Made by a program: the position numbers and the translations under genes | DNA from: Folioceros fuciformis | Lineage: Eukaryota | NCBI GenBank assembly: GCA_049999805.1 | Contig: JBNGIO010006320.1 | Span: 473,790-530,318 of the forward strand | Direction: 5' to 3' | Length of the DNA stretch: 56,529 bases | Shown here: in pieces, positions 10,335-21,537 of the stretch | How positions within the stretch are numbered: position 1 is the first letter of the stretch | Layout of the letters: every line of letters begins with the position of its first letter | Notes under the pieces: model-generated | Database searches by the model: none | What the model saw: the letters and a program-made list of their open reading frames with translations, nothing else | What the model was told of the DNA's origin: nothing

Positions 10335-12226
10335 ATGGCCTTCGGAGCCACCCGAGAATCACACGTCATGGACAAGCCTATGTTCATGCACTTCCTGCTC
10401 CTTCTCCTTCTGGCTTCCCACACGGTTTCGGCTCACGCTGGAGGTTAGTACAACCATCTCCACCATCTCTTCCCTTGCATCCTACTTTGCCTAACCTTCC
10501 ATCTCCCATAACTAATAATGAGGAGTGTTATGTGGTTATGTCACGTTTCTGATCGCAGATGGGCCATGCTCGCAAGACCCCCTCTTCCTCAATGTCACTA
10601 AAGTGCAAGACTTGCAAGGACGCCTCAAGTATTCAGCAAATCAAACTGTCCATGTGGTGCTACTCAACGATCTCGAACTGAACACTAGTATCATCCTCAA
10701 CAACTCATTCTCTTGCACTATCTTCACAAGCAAATCCAACTCCAACTATAGCATCAAAACAACTCAAGACTCGTTTCCTGCTGTCTACATCCAGAAAACT
10801 AACAACATTCTCATACAAAACGTAAACTTCGAGGTACGTACATTCACACCAATTCATCCATCGCAATCCAATGTTCCTAATCTCATCATCTAATACATAT
10901 TCATATTTCAACAGTTTCAAAATCGGAATCCTTTGTCACCAACACGATGCAATTTAGCATCTGGTATTGGTCGTGTATGCCCTCTCATCTACATCACAGA
11001 CTCATGGGGAGTACAAATCGTGCAAGCATCTAATATCACTGGTCGAATAGATATATGGCGATCTGCTAACATAACCATCGATAGTATATCCATCAAAGCA
11101 GTTAAGTCTGATTACGCAGGCATAACAGTGCAAGCAGTAGGTTCAGGGCCCAATTTGATTCGTGGAGACATATGGATCACCAACAATGTACTCACTGGTG
11201 GAATGACTGGAGTTATTCTATCTAGTGGCGCAGTTGGGTGCACAGTAGCCAATAACGCATTCTATAATCAATATTTTGCAGCTATTCAATTGGGTTTTGG
11301 AGTGCATAATGTGGGTGATAGCATGCTGAATAACATCACCAACAACTATATCACAACCCAAGATGGGTTCGTGTGTGATGGAGATGCAGCTGGTATATAC
11401 CTTGACACACATTGGGTGAACCCGGGGAATTATTTGTCTTGCAATTATGTGATGAACTCCACACAATGCCTTTACTTAGATTATGCCTCTTCAGGCACAG
11501 TGGTGGATGGAATGATATGTTATAACAGTAGAGCTGGTCTGAAGCTCAATACCGGTCATAATAACAATATATCTAGTTTTTTGAATATTAAAGTATTATA
11601 TCCTGGTTGGATTAGTTGCCAGAACTATGACATCAACAATTGCTTATCAGATCCTGGATCTTACTGGGATAAATTAAGAGTTCAATCTTATAACTCACCG
11701 GCTATTCAAAAGGTAGGTGAATCAAGATCTCCTTATAGTCCTTCCATTCTATCTTTCATGACGTGGGTCTTACCAACATGTGTTGATGTTGCAGAATTAT
11801 CCATACTTGATTGATTTTTGTAACCAAACAAAGATTAATAACATCTCTTGTAATCCAAATGATGGTCGGACACCTCCTGCAAATGTGACTGGAGCTTGCA
11901 GTGGTATTCCAACAGGAAACAAGGTAGAGATTGTCAATGTTGATTCTCTAAGAGTTCATGAAACACCATTCTACAAAGATTGTGGACCTACAATAAATCC
12001 TGCCACGAAACTGAACTCGCTAAGATTTAATAATCCGCCCTTTAATCACTCCAGTGTGTACTTTAAAGACTTTGACAACTTGGATCTTTCCCCTAAGTCT
12101 AACTCAACTATTTTCACGAAGTTTCCATTTTTTCGATCTTGTCCGAAAAGTGCAAATGGACCTCAACCTGTGGACCCGGCTAAGTACGCTTTGAGGTTCA
12201 ACATTGCTGCTGGTACCGACGTATGA
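10335..12226 (+). CDS. Secreted right-handed parallel beta-helix (pectin lyase-fold) protein, about 537 aa; exons 10335-10443, 10559-10833, 10915-11712, 11795-12226
   Basis: Signal peptide MHFLLLLLLASHTVSA. Three phase-consistent GT-AG introns join the tracked ORFs. Asn-ladder repeats ITNN, VANN, NITNNYI; motifs DAAGIYLD, CLYLDYASSGTVV, GLKLNTGHNNNI; many N-x-S/T sites. Confidence 0.75.
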
Positions 12227-12576
12227 TCCGAGATAGGAGTCTCGGACTATGTGGGGAGAGGACAAGTTTTAAAATTGCGTCCTCGTGAAGTGGTTTTTGT
12301 AAGCGTCGTTCTCTAATGTAGGGACGAATGGTCTGCTGCGACGGCTACGTGGAGGCTTTGTGAGGCAGACATTCTGTAACCTGATTAAAGAACAGTTATT
12401 GCGTGCATTTTGGAAGGGCCTCGTAAGAAGCGATAATGTGTGTTCCGTCCAAGTGTCTTCACTGCCACTCGCGTACTGTCGCGCGCTATCTCTTTGGTGC
12501 TTGAGCAGGAACACGGCGCCGGCTAAGTGCATTGTATCACGAGGCATTGCCACGGGGAACCACGGTGCAGGGGGCC

Positions 12577-13519
12577 ATGGCTGCGTCTTCCTGCGGGCTT
12601 AGCTCCCTGACTCCCACCTCCAGCTCGTCTGTGAAGTGGAGCAAGCCGGCTTCTGTTGCCACTGCTAAGGTGCAGTTGGCGGGAGCGTTTTCCGGCTCGG
12701 AGCTATTTGCTGGACAGCTCTCCGCCTCTGCCGTGCTGCCGATCAAGCCGCGGGTGGTGTGCGTTCCAGCTACCGTCTGCAAGGTGAGTTTGTGTCCGTC
12801 CGCGTGCGGCAAGCTCGTTTCCGGAGCTGGCAGAAATGCTGGTGTGGAGTCTTGCCCGGACTTGAGCGTCTGGTGCCATGTGTTGCAGATATCCAAGGGG
12901 GATACCATTCCTCCTGTAGGATTGAGAGATGAGAATGGGAAATTAGTGAATCTTTCCAAGTTCAAGGGGAAGCCTCTGGTTGTTTACTTCTATCCCAAGG
13001 ACGACAGTCCCGGGTGCACGAAGCAGGTATGCTGGCTGACGAGGCTTTCCGAAGTGCTGCATTTCTGGAACAATGCTGAGCACGTTTGAGGATTTGGCAG
13101 GCCTGTGCTTTCCGTGATTCGTACGAGAAGTTCAAGAAGGCCGGAGCCGAAGTGATCGGGATCAGTGATGACTCGCCGGAGTCGCACAAGGTAAACTGCT
13201 TCGCAACAGAATTTCCGTGGCGCTTCTGCTCGGTGGTAAATGGTGCGTGTGAGGTTCTCAGCTGGCAGAGCAACGTGTGATCGTGCCTCTCGCTCGTCTG
13301 CAGGCATTCAAGGCGAAGTACAGATTGCCATTTACTCTGCTTTCAGACGAGGGGAACAAGCTGAGGAAGGAATGGGGAGTTCCCAGTGACTTCTTCGGAG
13401 CGCTGCCAGGCCGACAGACCTACGTGGCTGATAGGAATGGCGTAGTTCAGCTGATCTTCAACAACCAATTTGAGCCAGAGAAGCACATCGTAGAAGCCCT
13501 GAATGTCCTGCAAGCCTAA
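12577..13519 (+). CDS. PRXQ: Peroxiredoxin Q, chloroplastic; exons 12577-12783, 12889-13026, 13101-13190, 13304-13519
   Basis: Ser/Ala-rich transit peptide; VVYFYPKDDSPGCTKQ|ACAFRDSYE (CxxxxC); LPFTLLSDEGNKLRKEWGVP and LPGRQTYV. Confidence 0.95.
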
Positions 13520-14438
13520 GGCCTAACGCAGGGGCTTCTGACTATTCAGCAGGCGGCAGTTTTGTTTTCTTACTCGAACACGATCACCAGCAGCAGATTC
13601 GAGATACGAGGCACAGAAGCCCTCTCTCGTCCTGGGAAGCAAATTCTTGTGCAAATTTCCTGCTCCAGCCGGAATTCGCCGACGACATTCATCGTTAAAC
13701 TGCCTGGAAGGCATGTGACCTTCAGCTGTGAATCGCAACATGCTTAGTGTATGATAAAACGTTTGGATTAGATTCGACGAAAAAGCTCCTCGTATTCGTA
13801 TCCGCATTCGCAGTTTCCATCCATCCCCGGGCCCAGGATAACATCGGCGGGCAAGTGAGGAGCGGGATGCAAACCTGATGCCATTGCTGGTAAGGCTGTA
13901 TAATAACACCACCGACAACGGAAAACAATTAGATACAAGAAATGCGTCTGGTTCCTTCCAGGCTTGCAAGATGATGCCCTGAACAAATATTTGAATCGTA
14001 CAAAAGGATGTTGCATTTACACTAACTCCGCCTGCCAAAAGACAGGTGCCCTGTAGAGGCCGCCAAATGGCCGACCCGTTCGACAGGCCCTGGTGCAACA
14101 CAGATACTCGGCAGCAGGAAAGCCAGCCAGATCTGTACACCACTTTCGCGCCTCAGCCCAAGGCTCGGTTCCCAAGCTGCAATCCCAAACCCCCTCTTCC
14201 CGCCCTAAGCAATCCAACAAAGGAGGGATAAACAAGGGGGATGACAAAGGGCAAACCTCACACATTGACTCAGGTTTCGGATCCTTCACATGAAGTTAAT
14301 CCGTTCATTCACCTGCTTGTGTTCATGGGTGGTTCTCTCCATCCCTCGTCCTTCAACACTGGCATCTTCTTCATCCTCCTCCTCTTCCGCCACCCGCAGG
14401 CCGGAGCCATTGCTATAACCCCGAGAAATCATAATGCC

Positions 14439-17400
14439 CTACTTCTCGATGCCCTGTTGAAGGTACTGAATCAGATCATAGCCTGCAGTGCTCCATTTAT
14501 TGTAGGCATCTGCACACGTCTTCATCATGAAATTTGCTGCCTCCCTCTCACTCATCTCTGGATGGAAACGCTTCCTCAGGTTGCCGATAGGATCTCCCCG
14601 GCTGAAGCAGGGCAGCCCGCTATCCACCATCAACAACACTGTGTTGATAATTCCATCCATGTGTTGCCTCGCAGCCAAGTACCCCTTCACACACAGACTC
14701 ACGAAAACATTCCACGTCTCACTCTTCATAACACCGGACGGGTCCAACAGTTGTGTCATTTCATGACTTAGCTTGAAATGGGCGTTCTCAAACCGAAGGT
14801 TCCCTCCAGGAGACGTCTCCAGAATGAAGCCGAAGTCAATGTGCACCAATCTGCCGTCTTTGTCGAACAGGAGGTTGCCATTGTGCCGGTCCTTCGGTTG
14901 GAGGAGAAGACTTGCAACCGCATATCCAGCACTGCTGACCATAAAATTCTCTCGAGCTGTCTCGAAGGCTGGGGACCCAACTGGTCCATACTCTTGTTGG
15001 AAAATCTCGTATAGACCACCATCAGTAATTTCCCCCATTTGATTCCGGCTCCGGGTGTTAGGGACCACCTCAATGATGCCCCTCCCACAACCAGTAGGAA
15101 GGACTCCATAAGGGAAGAGGTAAAGGTTCAGTCCTACAGCTTGGAAGATGTCCTTGAGAAGAGAAATAACCTGCAGGGCAAGCACATCCTGCCTGCAATC
15201 ATCTCCTACTTTAAAAATACATGCTTGCAACTTGATGTCGTCTGGATCACCACCTTTGTCAACCACGTCAAATGTGATCATGATTGGCACCTTAGCAGCT
15301 GATTGCAAAGGAATACCGCTGCCTAGTTCAATGCCCCGAACCAGTTTGTTTGGAGCGGTCGGGAGATAGAGATCGTCACCCTCAACTTCAATCTTCTCTA
15401 GCTCCCTCCTGATGCCTTCCCTGCGGTCCTCCTTTGGTAGAGGGTATAAAATTCCAGAGATTGATGTCACCCTATCAAAAAATCTAAACTCCCGAATAAA
15501 CACATCATGTGCTTCAGGGGTGAAGCTTTCTATGACTCTGCTCCGTACTCGTGGTACAAGGTCATGGAGAAAGTTTCCTTTCCCGACAGACCCCTCCTTC
15601 CCTGATTCATCAGCTGGAGGGGGTTCCTCACCTTGAAGTTGCCAGATCAGCCTATGCGCAAAAAGATTGCTTTTCTGTGCAGCAACCATCAAGTAACCCT
15701 CCACCAAACCCAAGGCATCATATCTCAGAGACTGCACAAGTTGAGGCATGAAGAAGGTGACCGTCTCCGGCGGATATGATTCCATGACACGCAGAACATA
15801 GGCCATAACTCGAGGATGCCCTTTGTAGGCTGGAGTGAGAAACTCAAGTGCATGAGTGATTGAGCATGGAGCCCAATGTGGGAGCCACTGCAACAATGGA
15901 GAATCTTCTTCCACAGCCTTAGGAGTAACAAAATACGGAAGTGCTTCAGGCACTTGTACCAAATCTGGTATATGAGCCTGCACCAGGGACATGATTTCAG
16001 ATCTTAGGACTGAGACACCTGGAAATCTGGTGACAAGTGAAAGAGCCACATGGGGATCCACAGACCAAGCCGTCTTGAGGTACTCAATCCAGCGCTCTGT
16101 CCCAAAGCGCAACCTTGGAACTCCACCATCCTTGAGAGGATTCGCCCAGGAATCTAACCTCTCAGCTTCATGCTGGCAAAGCATGAGCAACAACTGCTTT
16201 ATCTTCTCTCTCCCCACATTATCTACATCTAGATTACCCCAGACAGGATGCTCACCATCTGATTGACTGGGCGAACTGCCTATTCCTGAAAGCTGGCCAT
16301 ATTCCAAAACCCGCAGAGGCTTCGAAGATACATCTGTACGTGTCTGACTGTCCAGCCTCTCTGACAAATGCTGCACAAATACTGCTACTGCATGTGCCTC
16401 AGATTGAGCCATGCCCTCCACGTTTGTCTCATTCCAAGCTGGTGGCACAGAGAACCAGTGCATGGCAGCCCTGTAAACGCGATCTTCCAGCAAACTCAAA
16501 CCTATCACACCCATGTGACTGTTTCCCTCCAGCTGAAAAACACAATACTTGATTCCCAACAGCATTAGTGTGAAGAAAGCACCCTCCGCTGCAGGGTGGG
16601 AACAAAGACGTTCAGGATATTTCACAGAGCCTTCAATCAACTTGCCCAACAAAAGCAGCTGATTGCTGCAGCTGTACTTTACAACCTCGAACCGGTCGAG
16701 CAAAAAGCCCAACCACAAGCGATGGGCTGTGATTCCCGGAAGTACATTCACGTCTTCCTCCACAGGCTCGCCAGGCTTCAATTGAGGTCTCAATTTGGCT
16801 GCCGGCCCTGAACAACTATGCCCTGAAGCGAAGAGACCCCACCCAGAGTCAACTGTCCATAGCCAGGCATCCACCAGCTCTGTGAGCACAAAGGACCGTA
16901 GATGGGGTGCAGCAGACAAGATCCAGGTCCACACAAACACCCCAGTCTCCAATGCCCCAGGGAGAAAGATATGGACAGGGCACCAACACAACAATCTAAG
17001 CAGCTGGGAAAATCCTTCGGAATTCTTGCTTGCTGAGTCATCTGTGTCAGAGAGTAACAATGCAGCCGCACTTAAACATACTGCTCGGAAAGTCGTTGTA
17101 TCCACATTGGATCTCCTATGTGCATCCGTGACAAAATGTTGCAATAACTCCAGAAACTTGGCTATGAGCAGCTTGTTTAAGGACGTGTTGTCAACCTGCG
17201 ATTGGCTAACTGCATCCTTTGGAGATAGGTAGCTGATGAGGCCATTCCCAGCCCAAAGTCCTGAAGGTTTATCACCACCTTGACCTTGAATGTTCAAACC
17301 ACCAAAAACTTTAACGCCTGCAATCTGACCTGTATAATTCGATTTCACAGTCGCACTGCTGATACCAGTGACAAGCACTTCCAAGTTCCCTAATTCCGCC

Positions 17401-20400
17401 ACCCTGGGGTTAGCCCCGGCGGCTGCAGCAGCTGCTGCAATTACTGTTGGAACTGTCACTGGGTTCTCACTGCCTAGAACACCAGTCTTCAACGGAAGCC
17501 TGATGTCGGAAAGCAGAGACGGAAGATCACCTGCATGAGAATCTTTTTCCCACGTGTTTAACTTTCGGAATTGCTCATGCAACAGACCTTGAGTGGTCGA
17601 AGGGGCCAGATATAGTGCAGAAGTGATCCAATCACGAACCCTTTGCTGTGACAGGTTTCTAGCAGCAAGGAGGGAACCAGGATCAGACGTTAGAGCGGGA
17701 AGCGAATGATCAGCAACCACATGCATCAGCGCATCTAAGCACAGGGGATTCCACAACAGTGATGGAAACGTAGACCTCAGCTGACCAAGAAGACTGTCGG
17801 ACAGTTCCCTTACAATGTCCTTTTGGTGCACTACAGTTTTTATGAGATAACAGGCATGAGCAGCCAGTATGGCCTCCCTCTGTTCAGTTTCCTGCCCAGT
17901 CACTACTCCCTTCTCCCCAAGCCAGGTCAAAGCGCCTTCAAACGCCCGGTGGGCAGTTGCAATCAGGCATTGGTATACAGCAGGCATGAGGTCTGGGGTC
18001 CCAAGATACTGAAAAATGCAGCTAAGTGCACTTCTGTAGCCCTCATCTGGCGAACTCCTCTTGAGCACACCTCCTTGATGACTAAAGCGCAGCACTTCCA
18101 AAAAAGCGACTGCGAGAAGATACGTGGCTTTCACACCGGAAATGGTGTTCAAAGATGCTACATCCACACGCCCCCCTAAAGCTGCAGACAGGGCTGACCT
18201 TTGGGCAACTGCAGCCTTCTCATTATTACTTCCCCGACGGCTGCCAGGATTGTGCAGGGCATTAAGCTCGATCTCATCTTCTAGCCACATGACAGAGCTT
18301 ACCACAAGGGGCGGCGTTCCTTCCGCAATCTGCAGAACAGCAGCTGCCCACTGTGGACTCCAAGGGTAAGGTCCTGATATAGCTTGCACTGGCAATACGC
18401 TGACACTTCCCTGGCTACTCTGGCTGCCCCTGCTCAATCCAACTGACTTCACTGATGCTTGCATCTTCTGGATGGGAGGAGCCAAGCCAAACAGAACAAT
18501 GTAGAACCAGAGGTTCCTGAAAAGCTTCAGCATGCGTGGATCAATCTCCTGAAATGATACAATGTCGGAACAAACTTCTGCCACAGCTGGTAGAAGGGGT
18601 CCCAGCAAGTCTGCGCCACTCCTGCCAACCTTGGCCTCAGCGACTAGACCAACATCAGAGAATAAATGCAACAAACGATGCCTGTAGTCCGCCCGAAGCC
18701 TAGGATCCTTAAGATCCCTTGCTATTTGCTGAAACGCACTAGGGAGGGTCTCCACACGTTCCGTAGTGCCCTCAGGAGCCAGCGTACGACTGTAGGCGGA
18801 GCCCACAGTGTTCAGCTTTTGAAAGTAACTCCTCACCAGAAGATTCACAACATCCTTGTAGGATTTCTCCCACCCAAGACTCGCCATGCGAGCAACAGCC
18901 TCCAGCAATCTAAGCCGCAACTTGCTGGGAGCTGAAGCATCTCCTTCCTCCAAACTCTCAAGAAGCAAGGGCAACAGTATATCCACAGCTTCAGCCTTGT
19001 TCAACATGGTTGCCAAATCGGCCAGTAGGGGAATGATGTTGAGCTGCATCACAGCAACCAACAACTTCTCCTTCTCATCTTGTTCAACTGCCTCCCGGAT
19101 GTAAGCAGCCAAAGACAGTAGAAATGATTCAATAGAAGGCCTATCAGATTTCCACCCGCATTCAATAAGCTTGCAGCTGGTCCTCACAACGCTAACAAAA
19201 ACTTGACCTTGACTCGCCTCCCACGTGTCAGCTTGAGCACAGGTAGAAAGCGCCAGCGTTTTGATCCGTAACAGAATTCTAGAGACCTGCGTTCTGTCAG
19301 TTGCTGCAATCTCAGCCACACCTATTAAAAGCTTGTCAAAGAGTTGCTCACATTGATTTAACTTTCGCCATAAAGATCCAACACATGCATCGGCAGCATC
19401 CAGGAGCAGCGAGAGAGTCTCGCGTAGAGCACTCCTTGACAATTTCAAGTCCGATGTAGAAAGCAAAGTGCACTTCGTGAGTACCAAGGCAGCTGCTTGA
19501 CAAGCTTGCAATTTCAGGTTCATCTTCATCTTCAGTCCCACACCATCCACTGGCCAATCCCTTTTTCGAATTTTGAGCAAGGGAATGACGACTTTCAGCT
19601 GTTTGGCAGCACCGGCCCTCAACTGCCGTAGTTGAGCATCTTTCCAGTGCGCATTATCTGACTGGGTGTGTCCCAAAAGCTGTGCCAGAACTCGGAAAGC
19701 AACCTGTCGTCTCTCCAGAGACTCCACAGTCTCCTCATCCAGAGCCAGAGTAACATCCGAGGTGGAATCCCTGACAGACAAACACATGGTCAGTTGCTGC
19801 TCGTGGTTTTGCCGCCTAATCCCAGTCCCATTCGCCTTCACAGACTTGTAGCTCCCGAGGTCGTCGGGTGAGTCCACATGCCCGCTTCTCACACTCGCCT
19901 CAGCGATGGATGAGGAGCCAGGACTGGCCACAGTGAAATTAGGGCTTTGGGACTCGAAGATCTCACTGTTCACCCAGGGTGTGATTCCCTCGCTGTGATT
20001 CCCATCCTCTCCAAACCTCTTGGACTTGAGAGGACTGGGGCTGCCCAATGCACCCGCAGGCGATCTGAAACTCTTTCTCCCCGCAGGAGAGGTTTGAGCT
20101 GAAGATCCTGCTGAGGAAGACGAAATGCTCACCCCTTGGCAAGGAAGAATCCAGTGCTCCAGCAAATTGCTGGCTACGCGCTCTGCATCAGCAGCCTTCA
20201 AGGGGGGGCAACGACTGGCCAGGGCTGACAACAACGCCTTGCCTCCCACAGCCTGATGGGCCCCAACAAAAATACTCCCATGTTTGTCGCTGCCGGCCCA
20301 GGCGATAACATTAGCCACAGCGCTGCTAACCTCGTCGGCCGAGGCCGGGAAAGCCTCCACTATCTTCACCAGGTTGTCCAGCAGCTCGGAGAAGAACGCC

Positions 20401-20696
20401 AGCATATCATCCGAGCTCAAGGACGCCGGCCACGAAGTCTCCTTCCAGTACGACGACGGCATGGCCTCCAGGAAGCACAGAATAAGCGGCAGCAGCTCCG
20501 TGTGCTCCCGCTCCGCCTGGCGGCACGCCAGAAACCTGGCTAGCGCCAGAATGGCATTCAGATTTGCCATGGACAGCCGCAATCCCTTCTCCAAAATGCC
20601 CGGCTGCGGGCACTGCCTGGTGATCACTGCAATCTTCTCACCCGGCACATCCCCCAAACCGGCCAGCACCTCGCAGAGCACCGTGAGCGCACTCAT
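14439..20696 (-). CDS. PI4KA: Phosphatidylinositol 4-kinase alpha (type III alpha/STT4), 2085 aa, intronless
   Basis: N-terminus MSALTVLCEVLA matches the plant PI4Ka start; PLQSAAKVP, IFKVGDDCRQDVLALQ, KDRHNGN, HIDFGF; C-terminus YDLIQYLQQGIEK; one uninterrupted ORF. Confidence 0.96.
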   Translation of the reverse strand: MSALTVLCEVLAGLGDVPGEKIAVITRQCPQPGILEKGLRLSMANLNAILALARFLACRQAEREHTELLPLILCFLEAMPSSYWKETSWPASLSSDDMLAFFSELLDNLVKIVEAFPASADEVSSAVANVIAWAGSDKHGSIFVGAHQAVGGKALLSALASRCPPLKAADAERVASNLLEHWILPCQGVSISSSSAGSSAQTSPAGRKSFRSPAGALGSPSPLKSKRFGEDGNHSEGITPWVNSEIFESQSPNFTVASPGSSSIAEASVRSGHVDSPDDLGSYKSVKANGTGIRRQNHEQQLTMCLSVRDSTSDVTLALDEETVESLERRQVAFRVLAQLLGHTQSDNAHWKDAQLRQLRAGAAKQLKVVIPLLKIRKRDWPVDGVGLKMKMNLKLQACQAAALVLTKCTLLSTSDLKLSRSALRETLSLLLDAADACVGSLWRKLNQCEQLFDKLLIGVAEIAATDRTQVSRILLRIKTLALSTCAQADTWEASQGQVFVSVVRTSCKLIECGWKSDRPSIESFLLSLAAYIREAVEQDEKEKLLVAVMQLNIIPLLADLATMLNKAEAVDILLPLLLESLEEGDASAPSKLRLRLLEAVARMASLGWEKSYKDVVNLLVRSYFQKLNTVGSAYSRTLAPEGTTERVETLPSAFQQIARDLKDPRLRADYRHRLLHLFSDVGLVAEAKVGRSGADLLGPLLPAVAEVCSDIVSFQEIDPRMLKLFRNLWFYIVLFGLAPPIQKMQASVKSVGLSRGSQSSQGSVSVLPVQAISGPYPWSPQWAAAVLQIAEGTPPLVVSSVMWLEDEIELNALHNPGSRRGSNNEKAAVAQRSALSAALGGRVDVASLNTISGVKATYLLAVAFLEVLRFSHQGGVLKRSSPDEGYRSALSCIFQYLGTPDLMPAVYQCLIATAHRAFEGALTWLGEKGVVTGQETEQREAILAAHACYLIKTVVHQKDIVRELSDSLLGQLRSTFPSLLWNPLCLDALMHVVADHSLPALTSDPGSLLAARNLSQQRVRDWITSALYLAPSTTQGLLHEQFRKLNTWEKDSHAGDLPSLLSDIRLPLKTGVLGSENPVTVPTVIAAAAAAAGANPRVAELGNLEVLVTGISSATVKSNYTGQIAGVKVFGGLNIQGQGGDKPSGLWAGNGLISYLSPKDAVSQSQVDNTSLNKLLIAKFLELLQHFVTDAHRRSNVDTTTFRAVCLSAAALLLSDTDDSASKNSEGFSQLLRLLCWCPVHIFLPGALETGVFVWTWILSAAPHLRSFVLTELVDAWLWTVDSGWGLFASGHSCSGPAAKLRPQLKPGEPVEEDVNVLPGITAHRLWLGFLLDRFEVVKYSCSNQLLLLGKLIEGSVKYPERLCSHPAAEGAFFTLMLLGIKYCVFQLEGNSHMGVIGLSLLEDRVYRAAMHWFSVPPAWNETNVEGMAQSEAHAVAVFVQHLSERLDSQTRTDVSSKPLRVLEYGQLSGIGSSPSQSDGEHPVWGNLDVDNVGREKIKQLLLMLCQHEAERLDSWANPLKDGGVPRLRFGTERWIEYLKTAWSVDPHVALSLVTRFPGVSVLRSEIMSLVQAHIPDLVQVPEALPYFVTPKAVEEDSPLLQWLPHWAPCSITHALEFLTPAYKGHPRVMAYVLRVMESYPPETVTFFMPQLVQSLRYDALGLVEGYLMVAAQKSNLFAHRLIWQLQGEEPPPADESGKEGSVGKGNFLHDLVPRVRSRVIESFTPEAHDVFIREFRFFDRVTSISGILYPLPKEDRREGIRRELEKIEVEGDDLYLPTAPNKLVRGIELGSGIPLQSAAKVPIMITFDVVDKGGDPDDIKLQACIFKVGDDCRQDVLALQVISLLKDIFQAVGLNLYLFPYGVLPTGCGRGIIEVVPNTRSRNQMGEITDGGLYEIFQQEYGPVGSPAFETARENFMVSSAGYAVASLLLQPKDRHNGNLLFDKDGRLVHIDFGFILETSPGGNLRFENAHFKLSHEMTQLLDPSGVMKSETWNVFVSLCVKGYLAARQHMDGIINTVLLMVDSGLPCFSRGDPIGNLRKRFHPEMSEREAANFMMKTCADAYNKWSTAGYDLIQYLQQGIEK

Positions 20697-21537
20697 GACG
20701 ACTGTCTTTGTGGGCGGGCCTAGCTTCGCTCCCCCTGCTTTCACTGTACCACCACGCTCCCAGTCATGCTCCAGCTGCCAATGCACGGATTCCTGTCCTG
20801 CAAGCCACCCGGGCACACCGACAACAATCCAATCCGCGAGCAGGACAGTGATGCGCAGGTGACGTCACACAGCACACAGAGAGCCGCAGCACGCCAAGGC
20901 AAAGGCAGCGCCGGCTGGCGAGCCTGCAACGCCACAGATCTCAGCTCCATGCAGCCTCCTCCAGGCGAGCACATGCGCACGCGACATGGCGCGAGGCTGC
21001 TGCGACCAGATCCACACCGGAGCACGAGACGAGACCACAAGGCGAGTCAAGCGGGAAGCCATGCCCGGATGCCGGAGCGAGCCGGCTGTCACCTCCTAAT
21101 GCGGGCGGTCCTCTCCATGCTCCTTCCCAGTTAACATATTCTATGCATGCAAAGGAGTTGGTCCTGTAAGACCGGCCTGGAGGCCCTTTCTTTTTCTTTC
21201 GTACACAGAAGGGGCCAGCTCCGCCATCTCCTCTCTCCTGCAGGCTCCAGCCCAGCGGGATCCTATGTTTAGACTTGACCCACTTTCAGTTTGATTCGGC
21301 CTGGCCCAGCGCTGCTGGGTCGTGCCTCTGCTTGGGTCTTGTGACTCGTCCTTGCACCCCGATTCTGGGCGTCCGGTCTCTAATGCGGCCCCCAGATTGT
21401 CACCTGCGAGGAGGTGTGGGGAGGTGGGCGCCTCAATGCTGGTGATGCTTGCTCCAATGCCGGTCGTGTACGGTTCGGAGGGCGGCATGTGGGTTTGAGG
21501 TACGGGATCGAGGGCGTCTTCCCGCCGGAGTGAAGAG

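Noticed and set aside
13523-14410. 206-aa and other ORFs between PRXQ and PI4KA
   Set aside because: No recognisable domain; most likely convergent 3' UTR sequence.
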